Source: an uncultured Chloroflexia bacterium (lineage in GTDB: Bacteria > Chloroflexota > Limnocylindria > Limnocylindrales > CSP1-4). From it: a DNA stretch of 64,000 bases. Position numbers and translations under genes: made by a program. Location of the stretch: positions 111,519 to 175,518 of the forward strand of contig CAWBTQ010000006.1 of assembly GCA_963791725.1 (NCBI GenBank). Direction: 5' to 3'. The notes beneath the pieces were generated by a model. The model searched no databases. It worked only from the letters and a program-made list of their open reading frames with translations, and was not told where the DNA came from. Below are positions 1 through 11,299 of this stretch, piece by piece (the stretch's first letter is position 1; the number at the start of each line of letters is the position of its first letter).

Positions 1-708
1 GGCCTGGGCGGCGAACAGGCGCTGCAGTCCGCCACCCGCCAGGTCGAGCATGCGGTCGACGTCGGAACGCTCGAACGGCTTGCCCTCGGCCGTGCCCTGG
101 AGCTCGACGTAGCGGCCCGCGTCGGTGGCGACGACGTTGAAGTCAACCTCGGCGCGGGAGTCCTCGGAGTAATCGAGATCGAGGTAGGTGCTGCCTCCGA
201 CTATGCCGACGCTCACCGCCGCCACGCGGCCGATGAGGCAGCGCTCCATGCCGTAGGTGCGCATGGCCGCGGCCAGGGCCACCCAGCCGCCGGTGATCGA
301 CGCTGTGCGCGTCCCGCCGTCGGCGTTGATCACGTCGCAGTCGATCGTGATCGTCCGCTCGCCGAGCTTGGCCATGTCCACGATGCCGCGCAGCGACCGG
401 CCGACGAGCCGCTGGATCTCGTAGGTTCTGCCGCCGAGCTTGCCCTTGGCGGCCTCACGGATGCTTCGCTCGCTCGTCGCCCGCGGCAGCATGCTGTACT
501 CGGCCGTGACCCAGCCGGTGCCCTTGCCGCGAAGATGCGGCGGGACCTTGTCTTCGATGGTGGCCGCGCAGAGTACCTCCGTGCCGCCGACCTTGATCAG
601 GCAGGAGCCCTCGGCCCATTTCTGCACGCCGAGGGTGAGGGTCAACGGCCGCAGGTCGGCCGGAAGGCGGCCGTCCGCCCGCTGCAACGGCTGAGCCCCG
701 ATTGTCAT
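1..708 (-). CDS. rph: Ribonuclease PH (3' end runs off the window)
   Basis: Translated by hand from the ATG at 708 (not in the ORF track): [13 protein letters not shown]...[17 protein letters not shown]...[14 protein letters not shown]...[14 protein letters not shown]...[22 protein letters not shown] overlap with the mazG stop. Confidence 0.97.
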   Translation of the reverse strand, partial: MTIGAQPLQRADGRLPADLRPLTLTLGVQKWAEGSCLIKVGGTEVLCAATIEDKVPPHLRGKGTGWVTAEYSMLPRATSERSIREAAKGKLGGRTYEIQRLVGRSLRGIVDMAKLGERTITIDCDVINADGGTRTASITGGWVALAAAMRTYGMERCLIGRVAAVSVGIVGGSTYLDLDYSEDSRAEVDFNVVATDAGRYVELQGTAEGKPFERSDVDRMLDLAGGGLQRLFAAQA

Positions 709-1985
709 CTTGTAGTCTCCTTCGGCGCCGAGGTCTGGCCCACCGCCGCCCCGTGATCGGCGGCCTCGGCTCGCGCCTCGGCCTTTGCAGCATCCCACAG
801 ATCGTCGAGTTGGGCGAAGGTCATGTCACGCAGCTGGACGTCCATCTCGCGGGCCATCCGCTCGACGCGCCGAAAGCGATCGCGGAACTTGTCCGCCGCG
901 GCACGCAGGGCCGCCTCGGCCTCGACTCCGTGGCGCCGGGCCAGGTTCGTGACCACGAGCAGGAGGTCGCCCACCTCCTCGCGTTTCTCGGCATCGGTAG
1001 TGGCCTCGTCGAGCTCGGCCAGCTCCTCGTGGACCTTGTCGATGATGCCCACGATCTCGGGCCAGTCGTAGCCGAGATGCGCGGCTCGTTCCTGCATCTC
1101 CTGGGCGGCGGCGAGGGCGGGCATCGACGGCGAGATGCCGTCGAGCGCGCTCCGGACCTCCGACCCGGCGGCGCCGCTTGCCGCCTCGTCCTCACGCTCG
1201 ACCCGCTTGATCTGCTCCCACTGACGGTTCACGTCGCCGGCGGTGGCGACCTTCGCGTCGCCGAAGACGTGGGGATGGCGGCGGACGATCTTGCGGCTGA
1301 TGGCCTCCTCGACGTCGGTCATGTCGAAGACGCCGGCCTCGGCGGCGAGCTGGGCGTGCAAGACGATCTGCAGGTAGAGATCGCCGAGCTCGCCGGCCAG
1401 ATCGAGGGTCGCCCCACCGTCGAGCGCGTCGTAGACCTCGTACGCCTCCTCGAGCAGATGCTTCTTGAGCGTGGCATGGGTCTGCTCCCGATCCCACGGA
1501 CAGCCGTCCGGCTGGCGCAGCCGATGCGCGATCCAGGGTAGGGACCACGGGCTCGCGAAGGCCAGCTCCGGCGCCAGCGGCGCCAGGTAGAGGGGGGAGG
1601 CTAACGCGGCCTCGTCGAGGTCGGCGATGGTGGTCGTCTCGGCCGCGCCCATCCGCCCGACGGGGTGATCCGCCGGATAGAGCCGCCGCAGAACGCCGAT
1701 CGCACCGCTCGCGCCGCTGGCCGCCGGGGCGTGCCGGCCGGGCAGCGGTTCGACCGCGGTCTCGGTCGATTCGGCGGCCCGCAAGGCCACGAGTGGCACC
1801 ACCAGGACGGGGCGCGACGGTTCGATGGGCGTGCTCGTCAGGCGCTCAGGCGTGACGATCTGAAGCCCGGCCGCCGGGTCCAAGCCCCAGCGGATCCTGG
1901 CCTCGGCGACGAAAGCGTCGAGCACCTGCGGGGCTAGGACGGCGTCGCGGGGGCCAGGGCGCTGACTGCCGCCGTGTCCTGCCAC
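705..1985 (-). CDS. mazG: Nucleoside triphosphate pyrophosphohydrolase MazG (tandem domains, N-terminal extension)
   Basis: Motifs [42 protein letters not shown] and a second domain KVHEELAEL...EEVGDLL. Exact start is uncertain. Confidence 0.95.
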   Translation of the reverse strand: MAGHGGSQRPGPRDAVLAPQVLDAFVAEARIRWGLDPAAGLQIVTPERLTSTPIEPSRPVLVVPLVALRAAESTETAVEPLPGRHAPAASGASGAIGVLRRLYPADHPVGRMGAAETTTIADLDEAALASPLYLAPLAPELAFASPWSLPWIAHRLRQPDGCPWDREQTHATLKKHLLEEAYEVYDALDGGATLDLAGELGDLYLQIVLHAQLAAEAGVFDMTDVEEAISRKIVRRHPHVFGDAKVATAGDVNRQWEQIKRVEREDEAASGAAGSEVRSALDGISPSMPALAAAQEMQERAAHLGYDWPEIVGIIDKVHEELAELDEATTDAEKREEVGDLLLVVTNLARRHGVEAEAALRAAADKFRDRFRRVERMAREMDVQLRDMTFAQLDDLWDAAKAEARAEAADHGAAVGQTSAPKETTR

Positions 1986-3725
1986 ACCAGCGAGTTGGCC
2001 TGGAGCTCGGCCAGCCAGCGGGGGAATACCACCAGCTTGAGCTTGGCCTGTTGGGCAGCGTCGGGCGTCCTCGTCTGCTGGTCCAGGATCTTGTAAAGGA
2101 AGTAGCCGTTGCTGCTGACGATGTTGCTGACGCGACCGACCGGAGTCTGGAAGATCGCCGCCTGCTGATCCGCGGTGAGCATGTAGGGGGAGACCCAGCC
2201 GAGGTCGCCGCCCGTGACGGCATCGGCGGACTCGGAGTTCGCCTTGGCGACGGTGGAGAAGTCGACTCCCGAGTTGATCTGGAGCAGGTCGTCCGCGATG
2301 CGCTGGTCGGGCGCCGGCCGGCGACCCTGGTACTCGACGACCACGTAACCCTGCGAGGGCTCCTGGATGGGATCGAGGATCGCTCCGACGGCGAGGCCGG
2401 GAGCGAACACGAATTGGGCCACGTTGGTCAGGCCGAGTCCGGTGGAGCCCGCAGCCGTCTGGGCGTTGAAGAGGTCCGCGGGGATCCAGGGGATAGAGCC
2501 GCCACTGGAGCTCCAGTTCGGGTCGTCGTTGACGGTAGTGTCCGCGGCCATGGTGGCGAACTGGGAGGGATCGGCCCGCAGCTTGGCGACCGCGGCGTCG
2601 GCGCGAGCCTTGGCGTCATTCCAGGACGAGTCGGTCGTGGGCACGTTGGCCGCGTTCGACGCGTCGTGACCGGGCGCGAAGACCATCATCGAGATCTTGA
2701 CCTCGTCGCCGTTGCCGGGCTGGCCGTAACCGGGAGAGACGGCGATCTCGAGCACATTGCGCTGCACGGTCGCGCCGCTGACGTACTTGGCTTCGACCGC
2801 CGTACGGACCGCGGCCTGCGTTGCCTCGGCCCGGGCGTAGGCCTGGTAGAGACCGGAGTTCGAGGCGGCGCCGATCGAGTTCGCCCAGCTGGCGTCGGTG
2901 GAGGCCGGCACGATGCTCGGTCACCGTTGCGAAGCGGTAGGTACCGTCCGAGCCCTTGAAGATCGGGGTCACGTCGTTCGGCTTGGCCAGGGCGAAGATC
3001 GCGTCTGCGATGTCAGGGTCCACCTGGAGCGAGGTCTTGGCGACGAGCCCGATGTCTCCGACGCTCGTTCCGGTGCTCGCCGAGTTGGCCTCCTTGGCCA
3101 CGTCGTCCCAGGCCTTGCCGCCCTTGACCTCGTTGAGATAACCCTGGATCTTGGTCTGGGCGTCCGCGGTGTTCGTTGCCGTCACCACGCTGGATGGGGG
3201 CGTCGCCTCGGGAGTCACGCCGATGATCTTCACGTGGCGCATCTCGGCGATCGTGCCGTCGGTCCGGACCTGGTCGGCCACCATCTGATCGGTGACCGTG
3301 ATGTTGTTCTTGGCGGCGTACTGCCGGATCTCAGCCTCGTCGATCAGTTGCGTCAGCGAGCTGCTGTATATCGTCGACTGGCTCTCGTTCGTCTGAATCG
3401 TGCCAATCAGCGTCGAGTACTCGTCGCTCGTGATCTTGCCCTGGTTGCGCAGAGTCGTGTAATCCGCGATCTGCCGCGCGTATATCGCCAGGTTGAGGTT
3501 CGCCCTGTCGCGGACCGCGTCCTTGCTGATGGCCTCACCGTTGACCGCCGCGATGGATGCCCCATGGTCCGCGTAGTAGCCGGCGACGACTACCCCACCC
3601 ATCAGCGACAACGCGGCCACGATGGCCAGCGTGAAGCTGAGCGTCATATAGATCGTTCGCCGGCTGTCGTCGCGACGGACTCGGCGGCGGGTTGGCTTAG
3701 GAGCCGTTCTGGTGCGGAAGGTCAT
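1934..3725 (-). CDS. Membrane-anchored SurA/PrsA-like peptidylprolyl isomerase (frameshifted at ~2915)
   Basis: N-terminal TM, SurA-N-like IAAVNGEAIS...LIDEAEIRQYA, rotamase-like segments (RHVKII; FSTVAKANSES..GGDLGW..GRVSNIV). Joins ORFs 2616..3890 and 1934..2911 if the extra base at 2915 is removed. Confidence 0.8.
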
Positions 3726-3849
3726 CTGGGCGTCCTGGTGCGAGCGGGGTCCGGCAAGGCACGCCGGGTAACGGAGCCGTATGCTACCGCATTCCGCTTC
3801 CTGAAACGGCGGGACGCGGAGTCGAAATCGGCCCGGGCGGAGCCGGTCG

Positions 3850-5115
3850 TCATCGAGGTTTCGGGAGTTGGCCTGTGCCGCGGCCGCCACGGCCTGTGCC
3901 GCGGCCGCCTCGACGGGCCGTGAGCCGGTCCACGACCGACGTGTACGTCTCGGCCTGCCGCGTCCAGCTCAACTCGTCGACACGCCGGCGCGTCCGCTCG
4001 ACGCGAGCGGCCCGGTCCCGCTCATCGTCCACGAGCCGCAGCACGGCGGCGGCGAGCGAATCCGGGTCGCCCGGCTCGTATACGGAAAGTGTGTCGGGGG
4101 CGAAGTAGCGTTCAACGGTCGGCAGCCTCGACGCCACGACCGGCTTGCCCATGGCCGCGTACTCCAGCACCTTGGTCGACAGGCTCATGCCGGTGAAGGG
4201 ATCGAGCCGGGTTGGCGCCACGCCGATGTCGCCCGCGGCGACCGCCGCAGGAACGTCTTCGATGGGGATCCGGCCGGGGAAGCTGACGATCGTCGGCGAT
4301 CCCGAGTTCGGCCGCGAGTGCCTCGAGTGCTGGCAGGGCGTCGCCGCGTCCGTAGAACGTGGCCTGGATGCTGAGCGCAGGTCGTCGCTCGGACGATCGC
4401 GGCTATCGCGCGCAGGACGACGTCGAGCTCGTAGGTGGGCGTGAGCGCCCCGGCGTAGACGATCCGGAGCGAGCCGTCGGCCATGAACTCACGCTGCGGT
4501 TGGGCCGACGAGTCGAACAGTCCCAGGTCGGGGCTGTTGAGGACGACGGTCAGCCGCTCGGGCTCGACGCCGAGCTCGCGCAGCCGCTCCGCCAGCGGCT
4601 CGTTGACGGTCATGACCTCGTCCGCGAACGCTATCGACAGCTTCTCCTGGAGCCGCAGCAGACGGTAGCTCCAGGGATTGGCCGCCCGCGGGAAGCGGCT
4701 CCGGAAGAACTCCGGCATCGCCTCGTGCAGGTCCAGCAGCACGGGCACGCCCGCCATCTTGAGGGGCAGCGCGGCGAAGACCAGGTAGTCCGGCAGCGAA
4801 TGGACTTCGATCAGGCCGTAGCGGCGGCGCCGATGGGCGCATCGCGGCCGCCCACAGCGCCCGAACGAGGAACGCGCCGTACTCCGTCAGATACACGGGC
4901 AGTCCCGCTCCCTGGTGGCGGCGGACGGGCAGTCGACGCAGGTTCACCCCGGCAACTACGGCCGAGCCGCCCTCGCCCTGACGGCGCAGGCCGTAGACGT
5001 CGACCTCCCAGCCGGCGGCGACCAGCGTCTCCGCCTCGCGCCTGACGCGGGGATCCTCCTCGTAGTAGGCGTGGACGATCATGCAGATCGGGCGGCGCGG
5101 CGAGGCGGCGGTCAT
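3850..5115 (-). CDS. Glycosyltransferase family 4 (frameshifts at ~4840, ~4390, ~4285)
   Basis: Segments in successive frames: ICMIVHAYYEEDPRVRREAETL, VLLDLHEAMPEF, IVYAGALTPTYELD, SLSTKVLEYAAMGKPVVAS. Confidence 0.88.
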
Positions 5116-6254
5116 CGACCGGTCCCGGGTCCCGCTGTCGACGTACCGGCGAGGGCCAGGGCGGCGGCAATCCGCTCTGCGGCGCCGGACCCCGAGAGGT
5201 GCAGGTTCGCGGCACGCTCGGCCGCCCGCTCGGGGCCGCCGGCGCGTGGCGCTCGGCCCGCAAGCTCGCGCATCGCGAGATCGCGATCCAGGCCGACCAG
5301 CACGGCCGAGCTGGCCGCGCCTCCCACGGTCTCGACCCATTCGGTCGTAGTCCGGAGGACGAGGCAGGGGACCCCGAGCCAGGCCGACTCACGCTGGACC
5401 CCGCCCGAATCGGTCAACACGGCCGCCGCGTGCAGCTGGAGCGCGAGCGAGGTGCGGTAGCCCTGCGGCTCCACGACGACCACGCCGTCCGGCAGTGCGA
5501 TCCCGGCGGCCGCGAGCGCCGCCCGTGTCCCCGGATGGAGCGGCAGGACGACCGGCCGGTCCGGCGCCGCGACCGCGCCGAGCAGCCCGGTCCAGGCGGC
5601 CAGCGCGGCCGGGGCGCGGTTCTCGGCACGGTGAACCGTGGCGAACAGGAATCGGCCCGGCGCGAGCTGGATGCCGAGTGCGTCGGCGATGGGCCGCAGG
5701 ACTCCGGGGTCCCTCACCTCTTCCGCGGCGCGCGCGGCCAGGTCGAGCATCAGGTCGCCGACGAGGAGGACTCCATCCTCGATCCCTTCCGCGGCCAGGT
5801 TGGAGACCGCGGCCGGGGTTGGAGCGAAGAGCCAGCGGGACAGATGGTCCGCCACCACCCGATTCAACTCTTCGGGCATGCGCCGATCGAAGCTGCGCAA
5901 CCCCGCCTCGACGTGCGCGACCGGCAGCCCGAGCTTCGCCGCCGCCAGCGCCCCGGCCAGGGTGGAGTTGGTGTCGCCGTAGACCAGCACTGCGTCCGGC
6001 GCGATCTGGCGCAGCAGCGGCTCGAGCGCGATCAGCATCTGGCCGGTCTGGTGGCCGTGGCCGCCGCCACCGATCCCCAGCGAGTGGTCGGGCCGGGCCA
6101 GCCCCAGCTCCGAGAAGAAGTTGCCGGCCATCGCCTCGTCGTAGTGCTGGCCGGTGTCCACGAAGACGTCCTCGTGGCGCTGCCGGAGTACGGGTTGGAG
6201 GGCTGCGGCCTTGATCAGCTGGGGCCGCGTGCCGACGACGCTGACGATACGCAC
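5112..6254 (-). CDS. wecB: UDP-N-acetylglucosamine 2-epimerase, non-hydrolysing (WecB/WbpI-like)
   Basis: VVGTRPQLIK, TGQHYD, VYGDTNSTLAGALAA, HVEAGLRSFD..MPEELNR, TDSGGVQRE. GTG start at 6254 with an upstream GGAGG. Confidence 0.95.
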   Translation of the reverse strand: MRIVSVVGTRPQLIKAAALQPVLRQRHEDVFVDTGQHYDEAMAGNFFSELGLARPDHSLGIGGGGHGHQTGQMLIALEPLLRQIAPDAVLVYGDTNSTLAGALAAAKLGLPVAHVEAGLRSFDRRMPEELNRVVADHLSRWLFAPTPAAVSNLAAEGIEDGVLLVGDLMLDLAARAAEEVRDPGVLRPIADALGIQLAPGRFLFATVHRAENRAPAALAAWTGLLGAVAAPDRPVVLPLHPGTRAALAAAGIALPDGVVVVEPQGYRTSLALQLHAAAVLTDSGGVQRESAWLGVPCLVLRTTTEWVETVGGAASSAVLVGLDRDLAMRELAGRAPRAGGPERAAERAANLHLSGSGAAERIAAALALAGTSTAGPGTGR

Positions 6255-6266
6255 CGCCGGCCTCCG

Positions 6267-7712
6267 CCTACCTTGACTGACTCGCGGCGCGGGCCCTTGA
6301 CTGCCTGTTCGCGGCCTGCACCCCGACGCCGACGTAGCGGACGCCCTCCGGCAGTCCCGACGTCGCGCAGGCTGTTGCGGCCGTCGACGATCGCTTCGAG
6401 CTTTGGGAAGAGCGAGAAGTCGATCTGCTGCCAGAGCTTGTCCGCGGTCTGCGTGACGATCGCCCGGAACGGTGCCGGCTGGCCCCACTGGTACGGCGTG
6501 GCGCAGCAGCGCTCGATCACGTCGTTCGAGAGAAGCGGGTCGTAGGCGCTGACGTCGGCACCATGGAACGAGAGCCGCTCGATGAGCGGCAGGGCTCGGG
6601 AGTAGGCGAGCTCCTTGACGTTCTCGCGGTAGGTCAGGCCGAGGACCAGGACCGGGACCTCGTCGAGGCCGCCCAGCAGCCCCTCCAGGGCCTTGATGGC
6701 ATGACCGACCTGGGCGTCGTTCGTCCGGCGCGCCACGGCCACGACCTCGAGGTCAGGGGCGCGGCTGAGCAGCAGGTGCGGGATACACGGGGATGCAGTG
6801 GCCGCCGACGCCGATCCCGGGTTGGTGGATGTGCGAGTACGGCTGGCTGTTCGCGCCGTCGATGACTTCCTGGATGTCGACGCCGACGCGATCGGCGTAC
6901 CGGGCGAAGTCGTTGGCGAGGGCGATGTTGACGTCGCGATAGGTCGTGTCCGCGATCTTGCTGAACTCGGCCGCCTCGGCGCAGCTCATGGCCACGATCT
7001 CGGCGTCGAGGACGGAGTCGTAGAAGTTGGCCGCCCTTCGACCGGACTCGGGTCCGATGCCTCCGACGAGCTTGGGATACGTCGCCAGATTGGCGAAGAC
7101 GGCGCCCGAGTAGAGGCGCTCGGGCGAGAATGCGACGAAGAAGTCCGAATCTGCTTTCAGTCCGGAGGCCGCCTCGAGCCGCGGCGCGAAACGGCCGCGT
7201 GTGTCCCCGACGGGAAGAGTGGTCTCGAAGATGACCGTGACGCCGGCATGGACGCCGCCCGCGATCGAGTCCACGGCGGAATCCATGTAGCGGTAGTCGG
7301 GCTGCTGGGCGTCGTCGAGCATCACGGGCACGATCAGCACGGCGACATCCGCGTCGCGAACCGCGGCGGCCGCGTCGGAAGTGGCGCGCAACCGGCCGGC
7401 GGCGTGGACTTCGGCCACTCCCTCGGCCAGGCCCGGCTCCTCGGTCACGTGCGACCGGCCGGCATTGATCGCGGCAACGGCCTCGGGATTGATGTCAACC
7501 GCCGTCACTTGCCAGCCGTGGCGCGCGAACTGGACGGCGAGCGGCAGGCCCATCTTGCCGGCCCCGACGACGACGGCCCGGCCGACCGTGCCGGGTTCTC
7601 CAGCCCAGGGACTGGCCGATATCGGAGTCCCGTGGCGGCACGGGTTGACCGGCGGGTTTATCGAGCCGCCCAAGAAGCTGACGACCCGTGAGGGCCGTGA
7701 AACGACGGTCAT
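6267..7712 (-). CDS. Nucleotide-sugar 6-dehydrogenase (WbpA/WecC-like; frameshifts at ~6780 and ~6350)
   Basis: VVGAGKMGLPLA, FETTLPVGDTR, FSPERL, AEFSKIADTTYRDVNIALAN, PGIGVGGHCIPVYP, then VLGLTYRENVKE in the next frame. Confidence 0.9.
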
Positions 7713-8734
7713 TCGGCTGCGAGCCTCGAAGGAAGGTCGGACAAATCGATAGGGCGGCCCTCGGACGCCGCCGTCAAGAGGGCGCTGGCGATGGCGACGG
7801 CCCACAGGCCGTCCATGCCGTCGACGTACGGCTGATCGCCGGTGCGCAGAACGCGGACGAATTCGTCGAGCTGTGCCCGTAGCGGCTCGACGCTCTCGAC
7901 CGGAATATCGGCCACGTCGCCGGTGAAGGTCGTGGCATAGCCGTCGATCAGCTGCGGCCGTTCGACGTTGGAGCGGGTGAAGGTCAGCTTCTGGGTCAGA
8001 TAGTCGAGCTCGAACATACCCTCCTCGCCGACGGCTACGAGGCTGCGGCGCTTGGCCGGAGTGAGCCAGTCGACGTCGAGGAACCCGGTGGCTCCCGAGG
8101 GGAAATGCATCAGCCCAAACGTCAGGTCCTCGTGGCTGGCGTGGAGTCGCTGGGCCGTCTCGGCGTAGACGCGGACCGGCCGCTCGCCGGCGATCCAGGA
8201 GAGCATGTCCACGTCGTGCGTGCCCAGGTCGACGGTCACCCCTACGTCGCGGATGCGGGCCGGAAAGGGGCCGGCGCGGCGGCTGGTGATGGCGTAGATC
8301 GTGGACAGCCAGCCGGCCCGGAGCAGCCGGCCCATTTCGAGCACCGCCGGGTTATAGCGCTCCACGTGGCCCACCTGGACCCGGACCTTCCGCTTGCGGG
8401 CGGCCGATACGATGGCCAGCGCGTCGTCGACTGTCCCGGCCAGCGGCTTCTCGACCAGGACCGGCAGCCCGCGCTCGATAGCGGCCAGGGCCAGGACGAC
8501 GTGCGCCGTCGTGGGCGCGGCCAGGACGACGCCGTCGAGGTCGGCCTCGCGGATCATCGCCAGCGGATCGTCAAAGCCCCTCGCGCCGGTTTGTGCGGTC
8601 GCGGCCTCGAGAGCGGCCGGGTCCGGATCGGCGACAGCCGCGAGCGTCGTCTCCGGGTGGTTCGAGATGACCCGGAGATGGTTACGGCCCATCGAGCCAA
8701 GGCCCGCCAGGCCGATCCTCAAGGGCGGGGTCAC
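7709..8734 (-). CDS. Gfo/Idh/MocA oxidoreductase (WbpB/WlbA-like 3-dehydrogenase)
   Basis: IGLAGLGSMGRNH, VLVEKPLA, VGHVERYNPA, DLGTHDVD. GTGA overlap with the aminotransferase stop. Confidence 0.9.
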   Translation of the reverse strand: MTPPLRIGLAGLGSMGRNHLRVISNHPETTLAAVADPDPAALEAATAQTGARGFDDPLAMIREADLDGVVLAAPTTAHVVLALAAIERGLPVLVEKPLAGTVDDALAIVSAARKRKVRVQVGHVERYNPAVLEMGRLLRAGWLSTIYAITSRRAGPFPARIRDVGVTVDLGTHDVDMLSWIAGERPVRVYAETAQRLHASHEDLTFGLMHFPSGATGFLDVDWLTPAKRRSLVAVGEEGMFELDYLTQKLTFTRSNVERPQLIDGYATTFTGDVADIPVESVEPLRAQLDEFVRVLRTGDQPYVDGMDGLWAVAIASALLTAASEGRPIDLSDLPSRLAAE

Positions 8735-9839
8735 GAGCGGCTGCCAGTCCCGACGGCGTGGCGCAGCACGCACGTTCGCAGCGCGGCGGTCACCTGGGCA
8801 ATCTCGGCCTCGGTAAGGCCCGGGTACATCGGCAGAGACATGCTGTCGGCGGCGGCCGCGTCCGTGTTTGGCAGGTCCGCGTCGATGCCGAGCTCCATGA
8901 CGTACGCCTGGCGATGGCACGGGATCGGGTAGTAGATGCCGCATATCACGCCGGCGTCCTTCATGTCGGCCACGATCTGGTCTCGGGCCGGCCCAACGCC
9001 GATGGTGTACTGGTGGAAGACGTGGGTTCGACCCTCAGGCCAGGTTGGCAGCCGGACGGGCAGGTCGGCGAAGGCCTCGTCGTAGCGCTTGGCGACGGCC
9101 TGGCGGCGGGCGGTGTTCCGTTCGAGCTTGTCGAGCTGGACGAGCCCGATGGCCGCGGCGATGTCCGTCATGCGGAAGTTGTAGCCGAGGATTTCGTGGT
9201 GGTAGCGCTCGCGCATGCCCTGATTGCGGTACAGCCTGATCCAGTCGGCCAGCCGGTCGTCGTTCGTGTTGACGAAGCCGCCCTCGCCGGTCGTCATGTT
9301 CTTGGTTCCGTACAGGCTGAAGGCCGCGTAGCCGAAGCTGCCCGACACGCCGGCCGCGATACTCCGCGCCGTGAGCCTGGCAGGCGTCCTCGACTACCGT
9401 GAGGCCGTGGCGGTCGGCGATGGCCTGGATGGCGTCCATGTCGGCCACGACGCCGAACAGGCTGACCGGGCAGATGGCCCGTGTCCGCGGCGTTATCGCC
9501 GCCTCGATCCGCCCGGCGTCCATGAGGTACGTGTCCGGCTCGATGTCGACGAAGACGGGCGAGGCACCGGTGAAGAGGATCGAGCTGACGGTCGCGTTGA
9601 AGGTGTGCGAGACGGTGATCACTTCGTCGCCGGGGCCGAGGCCAAGTCCGGCGAAGATCGACATCAACGCCACGGTGCCGTTGGACAGTCGCGATGGCGT
9701 GCCTGGCGCCGCAGAAGGCGGCCCAGCGTTCCTCCAGCTCGGCGACCTTGCGTCCCTGGGCGACCATGCCGCTGTTCAGGACTTCCGTGACGGCGGCAAC
9801 CTCCTCGGGACCGAGGTCGGGGCGAGCTGGCGGGATCAT
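8731..9839 (-). CDS. DegT/DnrJ/EryC1/StrS aminotransferase (WbpE-like; frameshifts at ~9690 and ~9350)
   Basis: MIPPARPDLG, NGTVAL, VVEDACQAHGA, FSLYGTKNMTTGEGG (PLP lysine), LGYNFRMTDIAAAIG, IYYPIPCH. Confidence 0.92.
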
Positions 9840-10499
9840 GCTGAGACTCCTGTGCTCGTTACGGGCCGCTCCTCGAGCGAGCCGCTGTCGATGTGCGAAG
9901 ACAAACGCTCGACCGCATCGCGGGCAGGCGAGCGGGGCGTTCGGGGCTGGATTGGGTTCGGCGTCGGCGCCGTCCGGGCCGCTGAGACGCGTCCCGCAGG
10001 CACACACCCAGCCGAGGCGGCGGGCCGGGTTGCCGGCTACGAGGGCGTAGTCGGGGACGTCGCGCGTGACGATCGCGCCGGCTCCGACCGTCGCGAATCG
10101 GCCCACCGTGGTTCCGGCGACGACGACGGCGCCGGCGCCGATGGAGCAGCCGTCGCGAAGCTCGATCGGACTGACGACCCAGTCGTCGCCGCGAGCCAGC
10201 TCGCCTGTCGCGGTGACGGCGCGGGGGTAGCGGTCGTTGGTCAGGATGGCGCCGGGGCCGATGAAGACACCGTTTCCGACCGTCACGCCGTGATAGATCA
10301 GGGCCCCGTTCTGAACCTTGACCCGGTCGCCGAGTCGGACGCCTTCGTCGATGAAGGCGTCGCGGCCGATGATGCACTCCGCGCCGAGGCTCGCGCCATT
10401 GCGCAGCACGGCCCGGTTCCAGACACTCGTTCTGGGGCCGATGCTGACGTCGGCTTCGAGTTCTGCGGAGGCATGAACTCTCGCCGTGGGGTCGATCAC
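9836..10499 (-). CDS. Hexapeptide-repeat N-acetyltransferase (WbpD/WlbB-like; probable indel at ~9895)
   Basis: IDPTARVH, GDRVKVQN, VFIGP..ILTND..PRA, GAGAIVTRDVPDYALVAGNPARRLGWVCACG, C-terminal CPRCG. Confidence 0.9.
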
Positions 10500-10627
10500 G
10501 AGGAACTCCTCTGGCGGCTCGGAGTGGGCGGAGGGATCCTCAGGACGCCGCTCAGCCGGCACCGAGTATACCGGACGGCTCGCCGGGTCAGCCGGTGCAT
10601 GCCGGTGCGTGCCCCGCGTTCGAGCGG

Positions 10628-11299
10628 TCAGTTGTGTCGGCGCCGGGTCAGCAGGCCGACGACTATGCCAAGGGCGGCTCCGGCGGCGAGGGCGCCCCGC
10701 CAATCGAGCACCGTCCGCACGTCGCCTTCGACCTTTCGCGCAAGCAGCACCAGCGTGCCCGTCTGCTCTCCCAGCGTGACATGGTTGGCCACGACCGTCC
10801 CGACCGCGCCCTGCCTGACGTGGACGTCGCGGGCGAGTATCGTCCGGGTGAAGCCCTGAGTCACCGAAACATCGCCGCCCATGGCGAAGCCGATGGCGCC
10901 GAGCTCGGTCGATACATGTTCGCCCCGGGCAATGCCGATCGCTCCCATCCGAACGGCGATGTCGTCGGCTTGGGCGAGGCCAATGCCGCCCGTGATCACC
11001 GTGATGTCCTCTGCCGACGCGGCCCCGATGCCGCCCCGGCTGATCTGGATCGATTCGGCCTCGACCTCCGCGGCGCCGCCCTGGGTGATGGTGACGCTCG
11101 TGGCCTCGATGCGGCGTTCCCCGCCGACTGGCACGGTCGGAGCCGTCGCCGGCTCGCCGCCGGATATCTCGCCGCGACCCGGGGCCGGCGTGCCTTCGGG
11201 TGTGCCGACCCGATCGACGGCCGGCGCCTTGGCGCGCCGTCGAGCTCTCGTCCCTGGGGCAGGTGATTGGCTGCCCGGTTCCTCGCTCATGTCGGCCAT
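10628..11299 (-). CDS. Uncharacterised protein with eight 15-residue repeats and a C-terminal TM anchor
   Basis: 223-aa ORF with 15-aa periodicity over residues 64-183 and a hydrophobic C-terminus ending in RRRHN. Confidence 0.8.
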   Translation of the reverse strand: MADMSEEPGSQSPAPGTRARRRAKAPAVDRVGTPEGTPAPGRGEISGGEPATAPTVPVGGERRIEATSVTITQGGAAEVEAESIQISRGGIGAASAEDITVITGGIGLAQADDIAVRMGAIGIARGEHVSTELGAIGFAMGGDVSVTQGFTRTILARDVHVRQGAVGTVVANHVTLGEQTGTLVLLARKVEGDVRTVLDWRGALAAGAALGIVVGLLTRRRHN

